From Clostridia bacterium (GTDB lineage Bacteria; Bacillota; Clostridia; UBA1381; UMGS1253), in contig JAZNLB010000017.1 of the NCBI GenBank assembly GCA_045578865.1, positions 24,054 to 88,053 on the forward strand: 64,000 nucleotides of DNA. Reading direction: 5' to 3'. This document shows positions 56,903-64,000 of the stretch, piece after piece. The notes below the pieces were generated by a model. The model saw only the letters and a program-made list of their open reading frames with translations. It had not been told where the DNA came from and searched no databases. A program made the position numbers and the translations under genes. Numbering within the stretch: position 1 is the stretch's first letter; each line of letters starts with the position of its first letter.

Positions 56903-57530
56903 GACTTTCTTCCTCTACCACTTCCAACTTGCCGACAGATACCTCATAAGCGATTTTGGTCACGCTCGTTTCTTCATCTATGCGCTTTATGTACGCACGC
57001 GACTGAATTCGCCCTTCAATGCGGATGCGCGTGCCGACCGGCAATTCCTTGCAATAGCGAGCATTTCTGCCCCATGCGATTGCAGGAATATAGTCGGATT
57101 TATTGTACGCACGATTAACCGCCACCAAAATATCGGTGATTTCCCTGCCGAATGGCGTAGTGCGGTAAACCGGCGGTTTGCAGATGTAGCCGTCCAGATA
57201 TATATAATTGGGTTGCGCCAAATCGCTCGCTTCGGCGCCTGCAAGTGTTTTGGCAAACACTGTCAACACCAGGCGATTTCCCTCGCCCGTGTAGTTATTG
57301 TACGACCGAAACTGTCCCGACACCGTTAGGTTCTGTCCCTCTTCTACCGCCGGTCCGGTATCTAAAAGCCGTTCAGAGACCAGAATGTTTACCTCGTCGT
57401 CCGTTTCGCTCAGGCGCGAAATGAGCATCGTAAATACATAAAATCGCTCCGCATAGACCGTATGGCTGTAAGACGGAGCACGCAAAACCGTCCCCGAAAC
57501 TTTTACCTGATTATTTTCTTTGCATTCCAT
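56883..57530 (-). CDS. SSB-like protein with two OB-fold-like halves
   Basis: Both halves show the pattern N.v.l.G.v...P...........f.l......D.i....wg..A......G..i...G.. typical of SSB OB folds. The start is at ATG 57530, after AGAGGGG. Confidence 0.6.
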   Translation of the reverse strand: MECKENNQVKVSGTVLRAPSYSHTVYAERFYVFTMLISRLSETDDEVNILVSERLLDTGPAVEEGQNLTVSGQFRSYNNYTGEGNRLVLTVFAKTLAGAEASDLAQPNYIYLDGYICKPPVYRTTPFGREITDILVAVNRAYNKSDYIPAIAWGRNARYCKELPVGTRIRIEGRIQSRAYIKRIDEETSVTKIAYEVSVGKLEVVEEESQKGELD

Positions 57531-57663
57531 TTTTGTATCGCCCCTCTTTAGCATAGTTGTTAAACTTTATTCCGGTCCTTATAACTATATGCCTAATAAT
57601 TATCTGCGTTACTCCGGTTTTTTTGTCTGGAATGCAGAAAAACCGTCGAAGCGAGCAAAACGG

Positions 57664-57692
57664 TTGACGGTTTTGCGCTTTTTTGCTATAAT
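57664..57692 (+). promoter_or_regulatory. Sigma-A promoter TTGACG-17 nt-TATAAT for pflB
   Basis: ttgacg gttttgcgcttttttgc tataat lies about 55 nt upstream of ATG 57746. Confidence 0.65.
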
Positions 57693-57745
57693 GTTTTATA
57701 GTTCACAGTCTTTGACTGGTTGCACTGAAGAAAGAGGCGATATGT

Positions 57746-59944
57746 ATGACAGAATTTAAAAAAATTGATGTGCGTGGTTTTATCCACGAAAACTATACCC
57801 CCTACGACGGCGATGAGTCCTTTCTCGCACCGCCGACGGAAGCAACAAAAAAACTGTGGTCAATCCTTTGCGAAGATATGAAAGAAGAAAAGGCGCGCGG
57901 CGGCGTTTACGATGTGGACACGAGCACCATTTCCACCGTTTCTTCGCACGAGGCAGGCTACATCGACAAGGAACTAGAAACCATCGTCGGTCTGCAAACA
58001 GACCGCGCTCTCAAACGAGCAATCATGCCGTTCGGTGGCATTCGCATGGTCAACACATCCCTTGCCGCTTACAACCGCGAACTCGATCCACAGGTGCAAA
58101 ATGTATTTAAATACCGCAAAACACACAATGATGGTGTTTTTGATGTGTACACCGATGAAATGAAGGCCGCACGCCACACCGGCATCATAACAGGCCTTCC
58201 GGATGCTTACGGACGCGGTCGCATCATCGGCGACTATCGCCGTGTTGCGCTCTACGGTGCAGATTACCTGATTGAGCAAAAAAAGGAAGCAAAAAAGGCA
58301 ATGGAATGTCGCACCATGAGCGAAGAGGTGATGCGCCAGCGTGAAGAACTCTCCGAGCAGATTCGTGCCCTTGAAGAATTGAAAGTGATGGCCGCAAAAT
58401 ACGGCTTCGACATTTCAAATCCGGCAACCGATACAAAACAGGCCATCCAGTGGCTCTATTTCGGTTACCTCGGCGCAGTAAAAGAACAAAACGGCGCTGC
58501 AATGTCTATCGGCAGAATTTCTACATTTTTAGATATCTACGCAACTAAGGATTTGGAAGACGGCAAATACACGGAAAGCGAAATTCAGGAAATGGTGGAC
58601 CATTTCGTTATGAAACTGCGTATTGTGCGCTTTTTGCGTACACCGGCCTATGATGAACTCTTCTCCGGCGATCCGACTTGGGTAACCGAATCCATTGGCG
58701 GTATCGGCGAGGACGGCAGACATATGGTTACCAAGATGTCGTTTCGCTTCCTGCACACCTTAACCAATCTCGGTCCGGCTCCGGAACCGAATATGACGGT
58801 GCTTTGGAGCATCAAGCTTCCGGATAACTTCAAACGCTACTGTGCACGCGTTTCTGCCAAAACAAGCGCCATACAGTATGAAAACGACGATTTGATGCGC
58901 GAAAAATTCGGCGATGATTACGGCATTGCCTGCTGCGTATCCCCGATGCGTATCGGCAAGCAAATGCAGTTCTTTGGCGCACGCGCCAATCTGGCAAAAG
59001 CGCTTTTGTATGCCATCAACGGCGGAAAAGACGAACGCTACGGCACACAGACCGCACCGAAAACGGACTTGCCCCAAGGCGAATACCTCAACTACGAAGA
59101 TGTATATAAAAAGTTCGTGCAGACCTGCGACTGGCTGGCAAGACTGTATGTAAATACGCTCAGTGTCATTCACTATATGCACGACAAATATTGCTACGAA
59201 AAACTCGAAATGGCACTTCACGATGAAGAAATCGTACGCACCTGTGCGGGCGGTATTGCAGGCCTGTCCGTTGTGGCAGACAGCCTTTCCGCCATTAAAT
59301 ACGCAAAGGTACGCCCGATTCGCAACGAAGAAGGCATTGCCATTGATTTTGAAATCGAAGGCGATTTCCCGAAATATGGTAATGACGATGCTCGTGTAGA
59401 TGATATCGCTGTCGGCGTTGTGAAGATGTTTATGGAGAAACTCGGCGCACAGCAGACTTACAGAAAGAGTATCCCGACGATGTCGATTCTGACGATTACC
59501 TCCAATGTGGTATACGGTAAAAAGACCGGCGCTACACCGGACGGCAGAAAGCTCGGAGAACCGTTTGCCCCGGGCGCAAACCCGATGCACGGCCGCGATA
59601 CGAACGGCTGCGTAGCATCTATGATGTCCGTATCCAAACTGCCGTTTGATGATTCCGAGGACGGCATTTCCTATACCTTCTCCATCATTCCGGATGCACT
59701 CGGAAAGACGGTAGGAGAGCAAGAAGATAACTTAATCAGCCTTTTAGACGGCTATTTCGTGGAAAAAGGACATCATATCAATGTCAATGTGTTAAACCGT
59801 GAAACACTCTACGATGCGATGGAGCATCCGGAATTGTATCCGCAGTTGACCATCCGCGTTTCCGGTTATGCCGTAAACTTTGTAAAACTGACACGCGAAC
59901 AACAGTTGGAAGTCATCAGCAGAACATTCCACGACCGTTTCTAA
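57746..59944 (+). CDS. pflB: Formate C-acetyltransferase (pyruvate formate-lyase)
   Basis: 732 aa. It has the active-site cysteine pair in GIACCVSPM and the C-terminal glycyl-radical motif [11 protein letters not shown]. Confidence 0.95.
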   Translation: MTEFKKIDVRGFIHENYTPYDGDESFLAPPTEATKKLWSILCEDMKEEKARGGVYDVDTSTISTVSSHEAGYIDKELETIVGLQTDRALKRAIMPFGGIRMVNTSLAAYNRELDPQVQNVFKYRKTHNDGVFDVYTDEMKAARHTGIITGLPDAYGRGRIIGDYRRVALYGADYLIEQKKEAKKAMECRTMSEEVMRQREELSEQIRALEELKVMAAKYGFDISNPATDTKQAIQWLYFGYLGAVKEQNGAAMSIGRISTFLDIYATKDLEDGKYTESEIQEMVDHFVMKLRIVRFLRTPAYDELFSGDPTWVTESIGGIGEDGRHMVTKMSFRFLHTLTNLGPAPEPNMTVLWSIKLPDNFKRYCARVSAKTSAIQYENDDLMREKFGDDYGIACCVSPMRIGKQMQFFGARANLAKALLYAINGGKDERYGTQTAPKTDLPQGEYLNYEDVYKKFVQTCDWLARLYVNTLSVIHYMHDKYCYEKLEMALHDEEIVRTCAGGIAGLSVVADSLSAIKYAKVRPIRNEEGIAIDFEIEGDFPKYGNDDARVDDIAVGVVKMFMEKLGAQQTYRKSIPTMSILTITSNVVYGKKTGATPDGRKLGEPFAPGANPMHGRDTNGCVASMMSVSKLPFDDSEDGISYTFSIIPDALGKTVGEQEDNLISLLDGYFVEKGHHINVNVLNRETLYDAMEHPELYPQLTIRVSGYAVNFVKLTREQQLEVISRTFHDRF

Positions 59945-60014
59945 AAAACAAAAGGGGATGCAATGCATCCCCTTGTACTTTTCCAACCTGAGTATTTTTC
60001 GGGAGGTGACAGAC

Positions 60015-60737
60015 TTGGAAAACATCATAGGTTATATGCACCAACGCGAAACCTTCGGCGCGGTGGACGGTCCGGGTGTACGCTATGTGCTGTTTTTGCA
60101 GGGCTGTCCCTTGCGATGTGTATACTGCCACAATCCAGACTCCATCCAGACGGGTGGCGGCAAGGCCATCACCGTAAGCAAAGCGATGGAGGATATTTTG
60201 CATTATAAAAGCTTTATCAAAGACGGCGGCGTAACGATTTCGGGTGGCGAACCGCTTTTGCAGCACGAGTTTACACATGCCTTGCTTAATGCCTGCCGTG
60301 AAGCAGGATTGCACACAGCGGTAGACACTTCGGGTTTTGCCTCCAAGCAGGTGCAAAGAAAAATTGCAGATGCCGCGGATTTAATTATGCTGGATATTAA
60401 ATCCATAGACGAGGAAATGTGCAGACAAATTACGGGCCATTCCAATACGCGCGCACTTGCCATGCTGGATTACTGCGAAATCAGCGGCAAAAGCGTATGG
60501 CTGCGCCATGTGGTTGTGCCCGGTCTTACCTTAGATACGGAGGCGCTGACCGCACTCGCCGACCATATTAAGCACTACTCTTGCATCCAATGTGTGGAGC
60601 TTTTGCCGTTTCATAAAATGGGCGAACACAAATGGGATAAAGACAAATATTCTCTTGCGGATACGCCGACGCCGACAGCATCACAAATGGCTGCGGCAAA
60701 GCAAATCTTTGCCCAGCGTGGCATGGTATTGCATTAA
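60015..60737 (+). CDS. pflA: Pyruvate formate-lyase activating enzyme
   Basis: ETFGAVDGPGVRYVLFLQGCPLRCVYCHNPD (radical SAM). I place the start at TTG 60015, 6 nt after GGGAGGTG. The track ORF starts at 59958. Confidence 0.9.
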   Translation: MENIIGYMHQRETFGAVDGPGVRYVLFLQGCPLRCVYCHNPDSIQTGGGKAITVSKAMEDILHYKSFIKDGGVTISGGEPLLQHEFTHALLNACREAGLHTAVDTSGFASKQVQRKIADAADLIMLDIKSIDEEMCRQITGHSNTRALAMLDYCEISGKSVWLRHVVVPGLTLDTEALTALADHIKHYSCIQCVELLPFHKMGEHKWDKDKYSLADTPTPTASQMAAAKQIFAQRGMVLH

Positions 60738-60772
60738 AAAAGGATGTAAAAATAAATTTTACATCCTTTTTT
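60736..60772. terminator. Bidirectional terminator, GGATGTAAA hairpin family copy 3
   Basis: aaaaaaggatgtaaaa-ataa-attttacatcctttttt lies between the convergent pflA and greA genes. Confidence 0.85.
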
Positions 60773-60774
60773 GT

Positions 60775-61254
60775 TTATTTGTGAATTTCAAGTATCTTGA
60801 ACTGTACGATGCCGCCCGGTGTTTGCACATCCACGGTATCGCCAACTTTCTTGCCGATGAGCGCCTTGCCAATCGGGGATTCATAGGAAAGTTTGTTTTG
60901 AGAAGGATTTGCTTCTGTCGGACCGACAATGCTGTATTCTTCCTCTTCCTCAAATTCAATATCCAAAAGTTTTACCTTTGCGCCGACACCAACGGCATCC
61001 GTTGCTATTGCACCTTCATCGACCACGCGAGCAATTTTGAGCATACCTTCCACTTGGGCAATTCTTGCCTCCACTTGCGCCTGCTCATTCTTCGCTTCAT
61101 CGTATTCGGAGTTTTCCGAAAGGTCGCCGAATGCGAGCGCTTGCTTGATTTTTTCTGCTACTTCCTTACGGCGTACCAGTTTTAATTCATCGAGTTCAGC
61201 CTCCAGTTTTGCCAAACCCTCCGCTGTCATAAACAGCTCTTTTGCCTCTGCCAT
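60775..61254 (-). CDS. greA: Transcription elongation factor GreA
   Basis: [28 protein letters not shown]...I..A...[13 protein letters not shown]. The start is at ATG 61254, after GGAGG. Confidence 0.9.
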   Translation of the reverse strand: MAEAKELFMTAEGLAKLEAELDELKLVRRKEVAEKIKQALAFGDLSENSEYDEAKNEQAQVEARIAQVEGMLKIARVVDEGAIATDAVGVGAKVKLLDIEFEEEEEYSIVGPTEANPSQNKLSYESPIGKALIGKKVGDTVDVQTPGGIVQFKILEIHK

Positions 61255-61379
61255 TTCTATATAGCCTCCAATAATTATTTCAAAATCCGCGGTCAAAAGT
61301 TACAAATGCGATACAACTACAAGTTTAATTCTTGTGGATTTTTTACACCTCTTTTATTATACCATTGTTTTTTGTAATG

Positions 61380-62180
61380 TCAAGCCTTTTTCCATCCGAC
61401 AGACAAAAGCGCAGCGCAAATGTCTTTTTTGTGCTCCAACTTATAACAATTCAGTATAAATTCCGCACTTTTGCAGGCGGCACGCCCGAAATCATCTAAT
61501 AAGGGCGCATATCCGAATGCCGTTTCAAAATACACCTCTCGCCGCGCAGAATAAGGATATTTTCCGCTAAAATCCAGCACCAGACCGGGCGTGCAAATTT
61601 CGGTTTGCGGCGGCGATAGCAAAAGTACAATTTCCGCACGGTTTAACTGTTTTTCATTTTCCGTCGTACTGACGGTTAATCCGAATTCTGTAAACAACGA
61701 CTCTGCTGCGCGCTGCGCCGATGGCACATCAGCGCTCACCAGACAGAGCCGATTGGTGTAGCCCGTCATATACTGCACCGCCGCGAGTGCATTTTCATCA
61801 AATGAATTTGCATATACGCATACGCGCGCCGTTTGCGGCGTAAATGAAAATGCATCATAATGCCTTTTTATTATTTGTCCTGCAAACGCACAAAATATGC
61901 GCCTGCCGTCGGGCAGGAAAAATTTGTCGGACAAAAATTTTTCCAGCGGTGCACTTGCATAGATACATTCGACACCAAATTTCAACAATCGGTGCTCCAG
62001 GCGTTTTATCAACCGGTGCTGCGCTGAAGAGGATTTCTTTTCAAAAGTCTTTTGTGTACACGGTAAAGTAAACCGCAGACAATACGCATCGTGCATCGGC
62101 AAATTCACACGCTCGGCCGTAATGCGCCTTCTGCCCGGCACGCGCTCCTGCTTAGCAAAAACAATAATGCCACCCAGCAT
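61380..62180 (-). CDS. Hypothetical protein (266 aa), no recognisable motif
   Basis: ORF track entry. The start is moved to ATG 62180, 7 nt after GGAGGG. It is divergent from comM. Confidence 0.5.
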   Translation of the reverse strand: MLGGIIVFAKQERVPGRRRITAERVNLPMHDAYCLRFTLPCTQKTFEKKSSSAQHRLIKRLEHRLLKFGVECIYASAPLEKFLSDKFFLPDGRRIFCAFAGQIIKRHYDAFSFTPQTARVCVYANSFDENALAAVQYMTGYTNRLCLVSADVPSAQRAAESLFTEFGLTVSTTENEKQLNRAEIVLLLSPPQTEICTPGLVLDFSGKYPYSARREVYFETAFGYAPLLDDFGRAACKSAEFILNCYKLEHKKDICAALLSVGWKKA

Positions 62181-62300
62181 CGCTCGTCCCTCCTTTGTTC
62201 TTATATATACCTTAACGCACAAAAAAATTACAGTTTTTATATATTTAGTTGTACACAAACAAAAAAATAGTGTATAATGAAAGACAAAGGTGGTGGAAGT

Positions 62301-63836
62301 ATGATCGCTAAAATAAAATCAGCCGGACTTGAAGGTCTTTCGGGTTTTGTTGTGGAGGTAGAGGCGGACATTTCGGGCGGTCTGCCGGCCTTTGATATTG
62401 TCGGTTTGCCCGACACAGCCGTTAAAGAAGCGCGCGAGCGTGTACGCTCTGCCGTAAACAACAGTGGCTTTCAGATGTTGCCCAAACGAGTGATTTTAAA
62501 TCTTGCTCCGGCAGATGTCAAAAAAGAAGGCAGTGTGTACGATTTGCCGATTTGCGTTGCCTATCTTTGTGCAACCGGCCAGTTAAATATCGGCAACGCC
62601 GAGGAAAGTATGTTTTTCGGCGAACTGTCTTTGGACGGTGCCGTGCGCCCGGTTACAGGGATTTTGCCGATGGTACTGACCGCACGCGAACACGGCATCA
62701 AAAATGTATTTGTCCCCGCCGTCAACGCAGCAGAGGCCGCTGTTGCAGAGGGCGTAACCGTCTATGGGGTTCAAACTCTTTCGGCACTCAAATCACATTT
62801 CGCAGGGGAGGCTCCCATCGAAAGCACCTCCGTTGATTTGGAAGGCATCTTCCGATATACAGAGGCGCATGCTCCGGATTTTTCGGATGTAAAAGGGCAG
62901 GAGGGCGTAAAACGCGCCCTTGAGATTGCGGCCGCAGGCAATCATAACATTTTAATGATTGGTACACCGGGCAGTGGTAAAACCATGCTGGCAAAACGCC
63001 TGCCGACCATCTTGCCCGATATGACTTTTGAGGAAGCCTTAGAGGTAACCAAAATACATTCCGTGGCAGGGATACTGCCGTCGGACAAGCCACTTGTAAC
63101 GCGCAGACCTTTCCGCAGCCCTCACCACACCATTTCCGCCATCGGTCTCGCAGGCGGCGGGCGTATTCCCCGTCCGGGCGAAATCAGTCTGGCGCACAAC
63201 GGCGTATTGTTTTTAGACGAACTTCCGGAATTTAATAAATCAGCTTTGGAGGTCCTTCGCCAACCGCTTGAAGACGGCGATGTGACTATTGCGCGTGTAA
63301 GCGCAACCGTAAATTATGCTTCTAATGTCATGTTTGTAGCGGCAATGAATCCTTGCAAATGTGGATATTACGGCGATCCATCCGGTCGTTGCACTTGCAC
63401 ACCGAATATGGTAGAGCAGTATATGGGGCGCATCAGCGGACCGCTACTTGACCGCATAGATATGCACATCAGCGTAGCGCCTGTTGCCTATGAATCTTTC
63501 CGCGAAGATGCACCGACACAAACCTCCAAGGATATTAAAAACCGCGTGGATGCGGCAAGAGCCATTCAGCAAAAACGCTATGCGGATTATCCGAATGTGT
63601 ATTCTAATGCACAACTAAGTGCGGCAATGATAGAAAAATTCTGTGTGCTCGGCGAAGCGGAGCACGCCTTGATGAAAAATGCCTTTGACCGATTGGGCCT
63701 GAGCGCAAGAGCGCACCACGGCATCTTAAAAGTGGCACGCACGATTGCCGATTTGGACGGCAGCGAGGCTATAACCGTCAAACATCTGGCAGAAGCTATA
63801 CAGTATCGCAGTTTAGACAGAAGCAAGAAAGGATAA
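62301..63836 (+). CDS. comM: YifB/ComM family Mg-chelatase-like AAA+ ATPase
   Basis: It has a Lon-protease-like N-terminal domain. The Walker A motif is GTPGSGKTMLAKRLP. GVLFLDELPEF and a C-terminal ChlI-like region are also present. Confidence 0.9.
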   Translation: MIAKIKSAGLEGLSGFVVEVEADISGGLPAFDIVGLPDTAVKEARERVRSAVNNSGFQMLPKRVILNLAPADVKKEGSVYDLPICVAYLCATGQLNIGNAEESMFFGELSLDGAVRPVTGILPMVLTAREHGIKNVFVPAVNAAEAAVAEGVTVYGVQTLSALKSHFAGEAPIESTSVDLEGIFRYTEAHAPDFSDVKGQEGVKRALEIAAAGNHNILMIGTPGSGKTMLAKRLPTILPDMTFEEALEVTKIHSVAGILPSDKPLVTRRPFRSPHHTISAIGLAGGGRIPRPGEISLAHNGVLFLDELPEFNKSALEVLRQPLEDGDVTIARVSATVNYASNVMFVAAMNPCKCGYYGDPSGRCTCTPNMVEQYMGRISGPLLDRIDMHISVAPVAYESFREDAPTQTSKDIKNRVDAARAIQQKRYADYPNVYSNAQLSAAMIEKFCVLGEAEHALMKNAFDRLGLSARAHHGILKVARTIADLDGSEAITVKHLAEAIQYRSLDRSKKG

Positions 63837-63907
63837 TTTTACAAAGCCGCGTACACAACAATTTATGCCGTGGCGGCACTATAACAGAGTGTTTTTCTTT
63901 ATACAAA

Positions 63908-63936
63908 ACAAAAAAACAGAGTCCCGAGGGACTCTG
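63908..63936 (-). terminator. Strong terminator of tuf (minus strand); it also caps comM
   Basis: cagagtccc-ga-gggactctg is followed on the minus strand by a T9 run. Confidence 0.85.
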
Positions 63937-63957
63937 TTTCATTATTTAGGGTTATAA

Positions 63958-64000
63958 TTACGCTTCAATAGCGGATACAACGCCCGAACCTACGGTTCTA
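63958..64000 (-). CDS. tuf: Elongation factor Tu, last 14 codons only (gene continues past the right edge)
   Basis: The reverse complement reads ..RTVGSGVVSAIEA-stop, matching the conserved EF-Tu C-terminus GGRTVGAGVV. The fragment is very short, so the call is tentative. Confidence 0.5.
   Translation of the reverse strand, partial: RTVGSGVVSAIEA

Noticed and set aside
57555-57745. ZTP ('pfl motif') riboswitch upstream of pflB.
   Set aside because: The leader from the predicted promoter is only about 50 nt. It lacks the GGGUCGUGAC / CCGCCUGGGC-type conserved blocks.
58760-59722. 320-aa ORF antisense to pflB. Similar long antisense ORFs occur in rpoB (35265-36266), rpoC (29869-30756), pfkA (5712-6503), dnaE, hisF/hisA and the hyd genes.
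   Set aside because: They lie entirely inside strongly supported genes on the other strand. They have no RBS or recognisable motifs and have odd, Cys/Arg/Phe-rich or low-complexity compositions. These are typical shadow ORFs.

Overview
The window looks like a chromosomal segment of a spore-forming, anaerobic Clostridia-type Firmicute. The evidence is spoIVA, spoIID, whiA, SLH-domain wall proteins, [FeFe]-hydrogenase maturases and pflBA. All product calls come from motif recognition by eye in the supplied translations; no database search was run. Most of the window is densely packed core genes. These include htpG (partial, with a perfect CIRCE operator), deoC, spoIVA, pgsA, pfkA, dnaE and the whiA-rapZ-murB-glk-hprK block. 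There are also two large SLH proteins and a complete his operon (hisZGDCBHAF-IE) headed by a TrpR-like YerC/HisR-type gene. Further core genes are yajC, rpoC/rpoB, hydF/hydG plus a TM1266-like regulator, spoIID, an ACT/UPF0210/radical-SAM/UPF0371 cluster, VanW and 3D-domain wall proteins, pflB/pflA, greA, comM and the 3' tip of tuf. No rRNA, tRNA, CRISPR array, transposase or integrase was seen. The one clearly accessory stretch is an AT-rich islet of about 3.1 kb (46374-49528) bracketed by 20/21-nt direct repeats. It encodes a 411-aa protein with an NlpC/P60-like Cys..His..His C-terminal signature, two paralogous lipoproteins sharing a near-identical 5' cassette, and a 4-TM protein. I read this as a candidate, uncharacterised toxin/immunity module. 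Secondary leads are a repeat-containing leader upstream of the ACT-UPF0210-radical SAM operon, a long GC-rich rpoB leader with face-to-face promoters, a hyper-acidic RpoB tail, and a family of near-identical terminator hairpins.
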